A stretch of DNA of 64,000 nucleotides from assembly GCF_009914755.1 (NCBI RefSeq), contig NC_060927.1; one strand, given 5' to 3'. The position numbers and the translations under genes were made by a program. Numbering within the stretch: position 1 is the first letter of the stretch; each line of letters opens with the position of its first letter. Origin of the DNA: the human T2T-CHM13v2.0 reference genome, Homo sapiens. Below the pieces are notes generated by a model. The model did no database searches. It saw only the letters and a list, made by a program, of their open reading frames with translations, and was not told the DNA's origin. This document shows, in pieces, positions 1 to 17,520 of this stretch.

Positions 1-127
1 GTGAAGGGATTTGACTAAAAGATGATAATAACTTCACTCTTTATAATAGCAGAATTGTTTTAACAACTCAAATGTCCATTAAAAGCAAATGCCATTATGG
101 TATGTGTCATAGAAAAATATATAGCAT

Positions 128-457
<330 letters not shown>

Positions 458-1490
458 TTATTTACATTAAATTATACTTAGGTGACTATTAGGTTTCACC
501 TTTTATATGTATTATAATTATTGTTACTACGCTGTTATATTAGAACTTATTGTTGCTATCTTAATTTATACATGTTATTGATAAGTTTTCAATATTTTAT
601 ATGTATTTATATTATCCTGACAGGGAGATATGTGCTTTCTCTAGCAAAGACAGGTTATTACTTATTCACAGCTGTAACCACCTCAATTTCATTTTTTCCC
701 AGATTCTTCCCCTCAGGGTGATGTGGTAAGAGTTAGATGTCATTCTCTACATACTGGGATCTGTATATAAGTAAAGAACCCACAAAATATAAATCTTGGG
801 TTTATATAGGAGAGAGACAGCTTTTCCCTCTTCTCTCTGAGAAGGAATTGATCTCAAATGTAAATAAAGGAAAGCATCCTCCAAAGTTGGGAGGAAAAGA
901 AAATGTATCCAAAGAGTTTTTACTATTTGGAAGGTAAGTAAATGTTTTCAGGGGGAAGATAAGACAAGTATCTCTGAATTACAACCCCTGTGATATCTTC
1001 ATGCTCCTGAGTTTCATTGCCTTTCTGAAATATAACACATACCTCCCAGGTTGTAAATCTCCACTTAATGATCATTTAAACTCCAAGGTTTTAACCCAGG
1101 TCTTAGTAAAAATTTCCCAGAAAGCCCTGACCATGCATAAAGATAAACATAATCACTTCTTGAAAAAATTTACTACACTTTATTTCAGTGTAATTTTAAA
1201 TTTCCCCTCATTTACATTGGCTAGATATTACTTTCTTCTGGGAAGTAGGTATATAATTTTTAATTATTCTTAAGGTTTACTATAATTTATTAAGACCCAT
1301 ATTCATAGTTTTTTTCTACCAGTTTTTGAGGATTATCAATACCAAATCTCCCATCTGAACCAGATGAAACCTCAGCCTTCTCACTTTCTTCTTGTCTATT
1401 CTTTGATCTGCCATGTTGACATCACCTGTAGTTTTAACTCAAAATTTTTTGTGTATCCATTTGACATAGTATGTTAATATATTCTTTACT

Positions 1491-2080
1491 CGTCTTAGCC
1501 TGGGTTTCTGGAAAGCACAGTCTGAGGCAGACGTTTGTGTTCTCTTTCTTCAGTACACCAGGGGGCAGTAGTGAACGTAAAGCATAGTGAGGCAAGAAAA
1601 GAGAGATGATACAATAAAGCATCACCGAATTGGCCGTTGCTTGGCACTAAACATGACAAATTATTCATCCTCATGTGCCTTTATTGTGATAATCCATATA
1701 AAAGCTATTTTAGGATAGTGTATCTGGAGAATGAAGGAAAAATTATTTATGCACTGGCTCCTATCTCCCACCGGTCCAAGATTTGTCTCAGTGGCCATAA
1801 ATTTTCTGCACTTTTGAATTGGCATGTGTTGGTACTGAGCATGGCCTGTGATGTTTCATGCTTTAGTGTCAACACGAAAGTTTTGGGGCAGGAAGCAGCA
1901 AGTGATAGTGTGGGCATAAGCTAGGACTTTGTGGCTTGACTTTTGCCTGCAAGAAGTTTTAAAAGTCCACCTAAAGTTGATGTCTACAGAGGCAACAGGA
2001 ACTGGAACAAGTGGCTAATTCCCCTGAAGACAGATGAGGCCAAGGGATTCTGAAGTGGTACATAGGAAGCATCTGATATA
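1491..2080 (-). mobile_element. ERVL-class LTR (LTR16/LTR41-like), probable 3' LTR of the adjacent provirus remnant
   Basis: Start gtcttagcctgggtttctggaaagcacagtctgaggca and end gggattctgaagtggtacataggaagcatctgatata resemble ERVL LTR termini; followed by a PPT-like tract and ERVL internal sequence. Confidence 0.6.
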
Positions 2081-2084
2081 GTTT

Positions 2085-3770
2085 ATCCTTCTCAGATATT
2101 TGGTAATCTCCCATTATATCTGGCCACCCTTAAATACAAGAGGAAAAAGGTGTCCACACTGCCTTCCTTTGAGGGGAAGTAGAAGTCCAAACTTCAGAGA
2201 GTCCCCTTGAGATTGAAGCGAGTCGGAATCTCTGGAAAGATTTAAGGCAAGAGGGTTAGTGAAACAAGTTATCACTTCTGTTGTGGCAAGTGGTCCAGAC
2301 GTCATGATTTATATTATTCATCACTCCCCTCCTCTACCACTCAGTTTAGACTTTCCTAGCAGACAGCATTTGGAGTGATCTCAGTTGCTTGTCTGATGGG
2401 GTTATTTCAACTTTTATCTCAGAAGAGTCTCAACCCTTAGCTGTTTTTCTATTGTCAGATCATGGTTGTGACACTTAGACTGTGATTTTTCACAACTGTC
2501 CATTTGCTACTATCACCAGATAATAATGGAAACATCAAGAGATGTCCCAGTATTCCAGTTATCTATTGTTGTGTAACATACTATCCCAAAACTTAATGGT
2601 TTAAAACAACATTACCTTTATTTTGGCACATTTATCTGTGGATCAAAAATTTTGTCAGAGTTAAGCTCAGAAATTCTTCTTTTCTATGTGATATCAACTA
2701 AAGTCACTTGGTGGTCTTCAGCTGGTGGCTGAGCTTGTTTTGAGGGTCTAAGACAGCCTCACTCATGAATGGTGACTTGCTGGGGACATCTGAAATGCTC
2801 AGCTCCATTGGGCCATTCTTTTTCTCCATGTTGTTTCAGGGCCTCTTTATATGATCTCTAGCAGGGTAGTAGGGCTTCTTAGATGGAGGCTCAGGCTCTA
2901 AGAACCAGTGTTCCAAGAAGCCAACTCAGAAGCTACAAGGCTTTTTATGACCTACTCTTGAAAGTCATGCAGTGTTACTTCCATTGCACTCTATATGTTA
3001 CACAGTGCTGGTCCATGTTTAACATGGGAAGAGACTACACAAGGTTGTGAATATTGCAGGAAAAGGCTCAAGGGGAGAGCATATTTGGACATGAGCTACC
3101 ATACCCAGTGAATGCCCTAGGTTCCAGACATTCTATTGTGTATGCTTCTATTGTGTATTAGCTCCTTATGGTAATGAGAATTGATGAACCCTGTCAGCAC
3201 AGAAACTTCGTTCTTTGTCTTCGGCTTCCAGTTTGGTGAAATTCTTACTATGTCTGTCCTTGTGAGAAAGCACTCTCCCTCTCGGAGCCAGGACATTTTA
3301 CCAGGAAAGTCTAAGGTTGTGGGAATGGGAAGCATACATTTCATGACTGGGTAATAATTAGAAGGACTAATTCTACTTCCATTCATTGGTTCCCAGATCC
3401 ATATTTTCGGGCTATTAGGAAGACAGTATCATATATTTATTGATTCAGTGCATATAACATATCCCAGAAGACATGGCTCTAACCTCCTAAGTTGTATCTT
3501 TAAAGTGGCACCTTAGTTAAACCTTTTTTTATTTTAAATGCAATCTGCTTCTCTGGATGGTGGTAAGAGCAGTGAACTCTCTTATCACATGCTCATGGTC
3601 TCTCTTTCAGTCAAATGGATGTCTTGATCACAGGTAATGTAGTGTGAGATACTAAGCCAGATCAAGCCTTCCATAAGTCTTAGACAGATAGTGGTGCTGA
3701 TGAAGACTTTGGACACAAGGTGGCAAACCCATATCGAGTGAGGATGAATCACTATTTTCCCAGAAGATGC
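2085..3770 (-). mobile_element. Degenerate ERVL internal region (integrase core to post-integrase/dUTPase region), interrupted by MLT1
   Basis: ORF 3585-3797 ISTTI..EGLI..HYITCDQDIHLT resembles ERVL IN STTI.GLTECLI..HSIASDQGTHFT; ORF 3117-3386 MLPIPTTL..EGE...DIVRISPNWK resembles LLPVPATL..EGG..DTTTIPLNWK. Confidence 0.75.
2551..3103 (-). mobile_element. MLT1 (MaLR) solo LTR, F/G/H-type
   Basis: tattccagttatctattgttgtgtaacatactatcccaaaacttaatgg...gagctaccata; exact 5-bp TSD cccag at 2546-2550 and 3104-3108. Confidence 0.85.
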
Positions 3771-4544
3771 CTTAATCACATTCAAGTTTATACGCAAATT
3801 GTTAGAGCATTTTTTGGAGAATGCTAATTTCTCCCCAGAAGGAAATTTTTAACTATATTATACAAAGTAGTTTTGCCTTAGACCAGATTTGAGACAATTT
3901 TTAAAATTCATCCTTATTTTTTCTAATTGATTCTTTTCTGTAACAGCTTATTTGAGCTTCTTGTTTCAAAAACTCTTTCTTATCACTCTGAGGATATGCA
4001 TTAAACATACTTTAAATTTTATTCCACAGGGCCTTCAATTTGGCCTCCTTTAGTATAGTTCATTCAGCGTGTTTTTCTTTAGGAGTGCTTATATTTCTTT
4101 GACATTGGGTTATTTTGCCTTATGAATTAACATGGCTGATAATATGACCCAGGAGGAAGATAGTAAGCCTAAATATTAATTTGAGCAACTCTATCTGAGT
4201 TAAGAAATGGGTCAGGAGGGAGGAGCATCTCAAGATGAAGAGGAGAAGAATATGTGTTGCAATCTGAGTTTGACTCACCCTTACTAGCATCTTTCCCAAG
4301 TTTCTCAGGCGACCATTACCGTTGAATTACCACTGCCCAGAGCTTTCACCTTCTCCTTGTAAGAGACACAAGCACTGCACCAGGGAGGGAGACATTTTGA
4401 ATTATGAAGGAGGAGAATGCGTAGAGGCTTGCCATCTGCCAGCCACCATTGTTACTGGCTCCCTCACTCAACCAGGTTCAGCACTAGGGTGATCTTTGTC
4501 ATATGCAAGTGAGATCATTAGCTCTCTAACTTGAAATTATACCA

Positions 4545-4630
4545 CAGCTTGACGTTATATTACACTAAAACCCAAAGTCATTCTCATGGCCCACAAGGTC
4601 CTGCATGACTCCTGCCCATCTCCCCTCCCT
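4545..4630 (+). mobile_element. L2 fragment
   Basis: taaaacccaaagtcattctcatggcccacaaggtcctgcatga is a typical L2 3' segment. Confidence 0.5.
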
Positions 4631-4659
4631 TATCTGTTCTCCCTCCAGGAATCTAATCT

Positions 4660-4775
4660 CCAGGAAATCCCACTGGTCAAACCCAACTAAGGTAATCCAC
4701 AGACGTCAGCCTCTTGGGAAAGAGAGCAAAATGTAGAGAGTGATTCATAAGGGGAATGAAAGAGATCCAGCATGA
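4660..4775 (-). mobile_element. Old ERVL LTR fragment (LTR33-like)
   Basis: cactggtcaaacccaac...gtcagcctcttggg...agagatccagca resembles an LTR33-type terminus. Confidence 0.45.
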
Positions 4776-6602
4776 TAATTACACAAAGTTAAGAAAGACT
4801 TATGGGGCCAGTTATGACTTGAATTGGCAATACAGCCTTTCTTTGAGGAGCTGCTTTGCATTGCCTCAAAGAATCATAATCACCTAGTGCAAGGAGAGTA
4901 CATATGTGGAGAGGCTTTCAGGGATGCTGACATTCTCCCCAGAAGAAACTCGTTCCTCTGATTCTTTATGCTATTGGAGATCAGATAATGCCTAAATAAA
5001 GGGAGGGGGAGGTTTCCCTTCCTTCCAGGACAGATACCTTGGAAAATCTTAAGTCAATTAGTCTGTTTCATTCAAGGCAAACATTTTAGTCTATAAATGA
5101 AGTTTGGTCATAACATCCCTAAAACCTTAATCAAACAAGCTCTTGATCATTAAGATCCATGGTTTTTAAATATGGCATTATAAATTGAACAGTTTCCAAG
5201 GAATCCATGCATGCTCCTTTTTTTTTTTTAAAGAATAGAATGTGAACTTTTTCCACCTAAGATGTGTAAATGATTGTGTTATATGCAGAAGGCAGCCAGC
5301 TGTGTCTTTCCCTGTTCCTCTTCCTTTTCCCTGGAAAAGGAAGCATCTCAGTAGCACCTGAGATAACAGATGGAAAATAGTAATAGAATATCTGATATCG
5401 CCCAAATTCACTGCAAGGACATAGACCTCAATCCTAAGACTTTACTCCAAGTTCATGCAGAGACTAGAATTCTGAATCTCTGAATACTCAGTCTAGACCT
5501 CTGTTAGGCACCCCCTCTGCCTCCTATATGGTCTTTGACATGACCACAAGCATGGCATCATTAAGCAGATGTAAAGCACCTTAGATCTGGGAAACACATC
5601 ACATAGAGTGGTGAGTTAGAATAGGCAATAGAACATGTTTGGAGAGGACGTGTGGTGTATGTCAAAATAAAAGGGGAGATATGGGGCAAATATTAAACCC
5701 AGAATGTTTGCTGTTGACTTTTTTCTCAAATATGCCAAATGTTTATGTTTACAGATGAAAAGTCTTAATGCCACCATTTTATTAACTCATTAATTAAGAG
5801 AAAAGACTTCCAAAAACTCCTAGATGTTAAGGATGCATTATTCTCTAAGCATGCAGGTCATAGATGACAGGTACTCCATCAGCTCCAAGTATTTTTGAAG
5901 CAGTGGCAGCTAGTGAAAACTGACATGGTTACTGGTCATGCAAAGTTATTTTGATGGTTGCCACTGGAAGCACCTGCTAGACAAGAAATCATTGATCTAT
6001 CTGTTAAAATAATCTAATAAAGAAGTGGCTGAATGGACTTAGTTATATCTCCATCAAGACCTTATTAAAGCTGTCCTGTGAATAAGGCCAACCAGTCTTT
6101 GAGATTCGAGGAATAAACCAAGTGTGCACACAATTACCTTTTGGGACATTCTCTCCTTGTTTCTCCAGGTCTCTGAATTTCCAAGTTTGGGCTCCATGCA
6201 TACTCCTTCTGATGTGTATGCATTTTAGTTTCTGAGCAAGCTCTAAATATTTTCTGACATTTATTATCAAAAGTAAGTATCAAGAGAGGACAAGAAAGCA
6301 GAGGTTGGATTCCAGACACTTGATTGGTCCCAATTCTGCCTTAGTAGTTGGGAGAGCATAGGGCATCATTAACTGAAAGGTGGTCACTAACTCTTTCAAA
6401 TCTAAACCATCTGCATCTGTCAACCAGTATCTGATTATACTTATCTCTTCTTGCTTCTCTTATAAAAACTTAATTTAAATTCCTGAGTCTGTCATCTTCC
6501 CACTCAGAGCCTATTTATCCTCTGTATTTTCAGATAAATTTAACAAGCCTGGCTCTGTGACTTCCTGGCCCACTCAGAAGCACATTAGAAATAGAGGATG
6601 TG

Positions 6603-6897
6603 GGCCAGGCATGGTGGTTCATGCCTGTAATCTCAGCATTTTGGAAGACCAAGGCAGGAGGATCATTGAGGCCAGGAGTTTGAGACCAGTCTGGGCAACA
6701 TAGAAAGACATGGTCTCTACAGAAAAAAACAAACAACAAAACTAACTGGGCATAGTGGCATGCAACTGTAGTCCTAGCTACTTGGGAGGCTGAGGTGGGA
6801 GGCTGGTTTGAGTGCAAGAGTTCAAGGTTTCATGAGCTATGATTGTGCCATTGCACTCCAGCCTGAGCAACACAGCAAGACCCTATCTCCAAAAAAA
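6603..6897 (+). mobile_element. Alu (AluJ-like)
   Basis: Diverged dimer with J-type features (ggatcattgaggccaggagtttgagacc, ctgggcaacatag). Confidence 0.92.
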
Positions 6898-6906
6898 GGA
6901 AAGAAA

Positions 6907-6959
<53 letters not shown>

Positions 6960-7030
6960 AAAGAAAGAAAGAAAGAAAAGAAAGAAAAGAAAAAGAAAGA
7001 GAGAGAAAGAAAGAAAGGAAGGAAGGAAGT
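6898..7030 (+). repeat. (GAAA)n/(GGAA)n microsatellite derived from the Alu tail
   Basis: Directly visible purine tandem repeat. Confidence 0.97.
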
Positions 7031-7094
7031 GGTGGAATGATGGTAGTAGACAAGAAAACAGGGAAGACGGGAGGGACAGACTTTTTTTTTTTTT

Positions 7095-7498
7095 CCAGTT
7101 TGCTAAGGCCACTGTAACAAAGTACCACAAACTGAGTGGCCTAAACAACAGAAATTATCATCTTACAGTTCTGGACCTTACATGTCTGATATCGAGGTTG
7201 GCCATGCTCACCTTGAGAATAAGAGAATAAGAAAGGATCCATGCCCCAATGTCTCTTAGCTTTCGGTAGTTCCTTAGCTTGTGGCAGCATAACATAAGAC
7301 TTCACATGGCATTCTCTCTGTGTGCATACCTGGGTCCACATTTTCCTGGTCATACTGAATTAGGGACCCGCCCTACTTTAATATAATCACATCTTAGCTA
7401 TTTGTCATCTGCAATGACAAATAAGGTCATATTCTGAGACACTGGGAATTAGGACTTCAACATATGAATTCTGGGGGGACATAATTCCACCCATAACA
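7095..7498 (-). mobile_element. MLT1B/C-type MaLR LTR
   Basis: ccagtttgctaaggccactgtaacaaagtaccacaaactgagtggc...ttaggacttcaacatatgaatt...ccataaca. Confidence 0.85.
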
Positions 7499-7589
7499 GA
7501 CTTCAATAACCTCTGATGATGGAGTCACATTACAGAAAAATCCATAATAAACCTCAGGCAAGAAAATGCTATGTGAGAGGAAAGATGAA

Positions 7590-7690
7590 CTTGCTGGGCT
7601 CCAAATCCCGATTTAGGTCTGTATTATTTAGATCTATATTCTTTCTAACCATGTAGCTTGAGGCTCATTGCTTAATGGCTCTGAGCCATT

Positions 7691-7721
<31 letters not shown>

Positions 7722-7790
7722 CACTCTGAAAAAGGGGATAATGAAGACTTTTCTTGACTCATGATGGATGGAATCAAAATATTTGTAAAA
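7590..7790 (+). mobile_element. MIR fragment interrupted by a ~27-nt poly(A) run
   Basis: ctgggctccaaatccc...cttaatggctctgagcc...ctgaaaaaggggataat. Confidence 0.5.
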
Positions 7791-8867
7791 TCTCCCTAAA
7801 ATTTTTAATTTTGTTCATGTAACATATAGCATATGTTCATAGCCTACTTAGAATTGGTATTAAAATAATTTATGTGAAACATAAAAACCTTACAATATAG
7901 TTTTAGTTATTTCCCATAATTTTTACACTGTATTTGTTAACCGTATTACATTTTCATACATTATAAATTGGCAAAGTGATGTTATAATTTTCGTTTTAAA
8001 GACATATGTATTTTAAATAACTTGAGGAAAAATGGCTGTTATCTACCCAAATATTTACTATTAAAAAAATTTATGTTTATTTTAATAGCTTTTGAGGTAC
8101 AGGTGGTTTTTTGGTATTATAACATGGGTAAGTTCTTTAGTGGTGATTTCTGAGATTTAATGCACCTGCCACTGGAGCAGTGTACACTGTACTCAATATG
8201 TAGTCTTTTATCCCTCACCCTCTCCTAACGTTTCCCCCACACAAGTCCCCAAAGTCCAAGTACCATTCTTAGGCCTTTGCATCATCATAGTTTAGCTCCA
8301 ACTTATACGTGAGAACATACAATATTTAGTTTTCCATTCCTGAGTTACTTCACTTAGAATAATGGCCTCTAGCTCCAGCCAAGTTGCTGCAAAAGACATT
8401 ATTTCATTCCTTTTCATGGCTGAGTAGTATTCCATGGTGTATACATACCACATTTCCTTTATCCACTTGTTGGTTGATGGGCACTTAGATTGGTTCCATA
8501 TCTTTACAATTACAAATTGTGCTGCTATAAACATGCATGTGTATGTATCTTTTTCATAAAATAAATTCTTTTCCTTTGGGTGGCTACTCAGTAGTGGGAT
8601 TGCTGGATTGAATGGTAGATCTACTTTTAGTTTTTAAGGAATCTCCATACTGTTTTCCACAGTGGTTGTACTAATTTACATTCTTACCAGCAATGTAAAA
8701 GTATTCCCTTTTCACCACATTCATGCCAGCATGTATTGTTTTTTTTTTACTTTTTAATTATGACCATTCTTGCAGGAGTAAGGTGATATCTCATTGTGGT
8801 TTTAATTTGCATTGCATTGTGGTTTTAATTTATTTTTCCGATAATTAGTGATGTTGAGCATTTTTTC

Positions 8868-11123
<2,256 letters not shown>

Positions 11124-11520
11124 TCATATGTTTGTTGGCCATTTGTGTATCTTTTGAGAATTGTCTATTCATGTCCTTTGCCAACTTTTTGATGGGATTG
11201 TTTCTTTGTTTCTTGCTGATTTGTTTGAGTTCCTTGTAGACACTAGATATTAGTCCTTTGTCTGATGCATAGTTTGTGAATATTTTCTCCCACTGTGGGT
11301 TGTCTGTTTACTCTGCTGATTATTTCTTTTGCTGTGCAAAAGCTTTTTAGTTTAATTAGGTCCCATTTATTTATTTTTATTTTTGTTGCACTTGCTTTTG
11401 GGGTTGTAGTAATGAATTTACAATTTTTTAATGCTCTTCCTATGTCCTGAAAATCTAAATTTTCTTCTGGTATCATTTTTCTTCATTCTGAAGAACTTCC
11501 TTTAGCATTACCATTTCCTT

Positions 11521-11527
11521 TTTTAAT

Positions 11528-11559
<32 letters not shown>

Positions 11560-11827
11560 GACGGAGTCTCACTCTGTTGCCCAGGCTGGAGTGCAGTGGC
11601 ATGATCTCAGCTCACTGCCTTCTGGTTCAAGCAATTCTCCTATCTCAGCTTCCTGAGTAGCTAGGACTACAGATGCACACCATGATGCCTGGCTAATTTT
11701 TGTATTTTTAGTAGAGATGGGGTTCCACCATGCTGGCCAAGCTGGCCTCGAACTCCTGACTACAGGTGATTCACCTGCCTCAGTTTCCCAAAGTCCTGGG
11801 ATTACAGGCATGAGCCACCGCGCTCAG
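11521..11827 (-). mobile_element. Alu (AluS)
   Basis: Poly(T) plus full reverse Alu; TSD-like ttcctttag(c/t)att at ~11497 and 11828. Confidence 0.93.
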
Positions 11828-12192
11828 TTCCTTTAGTATTTTTTGTAGAGAACATCTGTTAGTGGCAAATTTTCTTAATTTATTTTTATTTGAAAATATC
11901 TTTGTCTTGCTAGAATTCTTGAAGTATATTTTTCTAAATATAAAATTCTGGTATAACAATTTTTATCCCCATTCAGCACTTTAAAGATGTTTTCCACTGT
12001 CTTCTGGCCTCTATGGTTTCATAAGAGATGTATGCAATATTTCAAATCATTCTCTTATATATAATGTGTCATTTTTCCTTGATTTCTCTCAAGATTTTTC
12101 CTTTATCTCTAATTTTCAGCAGTTTGACTATGACATGCCTGTGCATGGTTTTCTTCTTATCTTATTTGGAGTTTGCTGAATTCCTGAATCTT

Positions 12193-14040
<1,848 letters not shown>

Positions 14041-14149
14041 ATTCCTGAATCTTTAAATGTATGTCTTTCATCAAATTTGGGAACTTTACCACCATTATGG
14101 GAGAGTTAGTGTGTTAGGAGGCTACTCCATCATACCTGAAGTAGAACTA

Positions 14150-14455
14150 CAGTTATTCCCCAGTATCAGTGGGGGATTTTTTCCAGGATCCCTTTTGGAT
14201 ACCAAAACTTGTGGATGCTCGAGTCTCTGATATAAAACATTTGCATATAACTCATGCACATCCTCCTGTATACTTTAAACCATCTCTAAATTACTTAAAG
14301 TATCTAATATGTAAATGCTATGTAAATAGTTGTTATACTGTACTTTTAAAATTTGTGTATTTCGGTTGTATTTTTATTGCTTTTTAAAAAAATATTTTGA
14401 TACATGGTTGGTTGAATCCACAGATGCAGAGCCTGTAGATATGGAGGGCCAACTG
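14150..14455 (+). mobile_element. MER2 (TcMar-Tigger non-autonomous DNA transposon)
   Basis: Termini cagtt...aactg after TA; internal gcacatcctcctgtatactttaaa and gtaaatgctatgtaaatagttg. Confidence 0.88.
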
Positions 14456-15642
14456 CACTTCCAAACCATTTTGGTTCAGAAGTGAAAGACTCGCAGAGCT
14501 CTCTGGAAAAGTCATCCCATATGGCATGTGGAATCTAGCGTCCCTGGGAGCTGAGCACAGATGTACCACGGTGTCTCAATTCAGACTCTGTGTAACTCTG
14601 CTCTGAAGGGGTGATCACAGGTACTTTTGTCAGCAAATATTAAAGGTATACTACAGGACTAAAAGTTTGCCTTATAGAGGAGGTCCTAGATAAACCTGTG
14701 GACATTCAGAAGTGCCAAGGAATATAAAATCATGTGAGGACATTTGCCTGAGAGCTTTTGTTTATCAGTTACAGCCAGCCTGGTGTTGCCCCCTTCTCTG
14801 CTTAGGGTACATAGTAGCTATGTTAGCTTGCAGGCATCCTGGACATGTGTCAGTGGGTGGTTCTGATTGTGGGCCATCTCTTTTTTTTTTTTTAGAAGCC
14901 TTGACTAGCACAGGTACAGCCTCAACATTCAGTGTCTGACTCATCTCAACCATGAACTACTGAACAGAGGCTTGGATTCACTCTTACATTCCTCTGCTGC
15001 TGCTTCTCTCTCTTCTTTCTTCTGAGTTAATAAGTTGAACCCAGTTGATTCTGTGAGAAGTTAAGAAGGCATGACTTTTGGACACAAAGGTACTCTATCT
15101 GAGTAAATTATGATGGCTTTCCAAGTCAAAAGAACACTCATGCCCAAACAGATGATGAAATAAATATTTCAAAATGAAGACACTCATGCTCCCCGTGAGT
15201 TTTCCATGCTGATTGGAAAATCCAAAAAGTCTAGCAGGTTTCTGGTATTAAACTTAACCACTTGTCATAGAGTCACAACTTGTCCTCTGCAAATTGTGTG
15301 ATCCAGACTCTTTAGTTATGATTCATCAAGCATGAGTTTTAGTTAACAGATTAAATGCTATCCTGCCTTCAGAAAATTAGGACAGTCAACCAAGATTTTA
15401 CTTAGAGTTGTATGGATTTTAATGCTGAAAACAGAACAATATTTTCGTTCATTGTCAAAATGTCTAACAGGTCTAGGAAAGACTTTTTGTTAAAAAACAC
15501 TGTAGTTAGCAAAGTCAGAATCTGAGGGCATTTGTGTCTATAACTAGACATATGTCATCAGATTAGAGACTCATGATACCAGGAACTCTAATAAATTTTT
15601 TTTTTGTGAGACAAAGATTCTGCTCTCAGAATTATTGGTTCT

Positions 15643-16111
15643 TGTAATAGTGCTTTAGTAATTTAGACCAGCGTCTCACTAAGAACAAGAAAAACAGAAT
15701 GAAGCATCATTGAAAAGTTTATCTGAGGCAACAGATAACTAACAAGAAAGGGAAGAACTTTAGGTCAAGCATCTAGGAGGAGAACAGAATGCAAAGAGGT
15801 GAACCCTGCATTTGGGGCCACTTTTCTGTGGGGTTAGCACCATGGGAGGATAAACTGTAATTATTTTTTCAACTGATCTGAGGGCAATGAGTAAAAGCTG
15901 CTCACCCAGCAGCTTTCTCACACATTCCTCTTCTGGTTCCTTTAGGGGAACTTCTTATCCATTCCATGTAAGACTAGCGGAGATTTTAAATCACTAATGT
16001 CAATGGGGTAGGCATAAGACCCAAGCTGGGGGCAATAAAATGTGCCAAACAGGAGAACAGTGTTAAATAATAAGATTGAAAACTGAAATTGGAAAAAGTC
16101 CAACCCTTACA
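15643..16111. mobile_element. Putative solo LTR, family unassigned
   Basis: TGTAA...TTACA termini, ~470 bp, lies between L2-like pieces; no clear TSD. Confidence 0.4.
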
Positions 16112-16119
16112 GGTGGTTA

Positions 16120-16530
16120 GGAGAAGGGTACTAGGAAAGGAGTCAGCCAAAGAAAGTACGACCAGTAAGATTAGAAGTGGATGATGTCATGGGAACCAGG
16201 AGAAGAGAGTATTTTATGAAAAACAGAGAGGCCAACTACACCAGATGCTACTGAGAGGTCAAGATGACAACTGAAATGTATCTATTATATATGGCAATGT
16301 GGAGGTTTTTTGGTGATTTTTGGCAAGAGAAATTTCAGGAAAGTGGTAGAGGAGAAGCCAGATTGAAGTGAGGAGAGAAGCCAAGTGGTGAGGAATTGGA
16401 AATGCTATATAGACCATTATTTTGTGGTTGGTCTTTTAAAGGAGTAGAAAATGTGGCCCTATCTAGCAGTCCCTGAAGAGTGAAAGGTGTGTTTGTTTCA
16501 TTTTTATTAAGGTGAAAAATATTTAGGCAT
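16120..16530 (-). mobile_element. L2 fragment
   Basis: tgtcatgggaaccaggagaagagag...cagatgctactgagaggtcaagatga...gaagccagattg. Confidence 0.7.
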
Positions 16531-17012
16531 ATTTGTATGATGTTCCTGAAGCCTAATTTTGACTATAATTGAAACCAACTTTGTTCCTAGTTTTAAGTTC
16601 CTCTCTATGCTGCCCTCTACCACCAACTTCTTGAGATCAGATGTTGACATCACATAAGTTTGCAGGTCCTGCATTTGGCCACATGTTTGGCAGCTTTAGA
16701 ATTGTCATGAGATGAACCTTGGGTCATTTAGTCCAATCACAGCATGCTGTGCCAAAGGTCATGCAGCTAGTTAATGACAGGCTCTCCTCCTCAAAGACTA
16801 GAATGCCAGACATGGAACTTCGTTTTACTGCTTAATCCAGTGACTTGCAAGGCTCACATTTACTCCCAGAGCTGTCATAATTGTATGCAGAGAGAAACCA
16901 CCAAGAAGCCTCCTTTCACTAGTCTCCTGAGTGTGTACATATGAGTCTGTTCCATAGACCATAACCATCTTTGGAATATTGATTACACTGAATCTCTGGG
17001 ATGAAAATCTGA

Positions 17013-17335
<323 letters not shown>

Positions 17336-17520
17336 AGCATTTCTGTTTGGAGGAAGGAGGAAGCTCAACATTCAACATTCAATACTCTTATTTCTTAATT
17401 AGACAATTGGCCCAAATGAGGCTCTTTCAGCTCTAAGCACCAACTCAGAATCTAGTTGTGGGCTAAGCAACCAGTATATAATGCTTCTTTAAGCGCCCTT
17501 CTTTAGCTGGCATGTGCCAA

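Noticed and set aside
6808-7230. Lys/Glu/Arg-rich and Phe/Leu/Ser-rich ORFs
   Set aside because: Translations of the (GAAA)n microsatellite.
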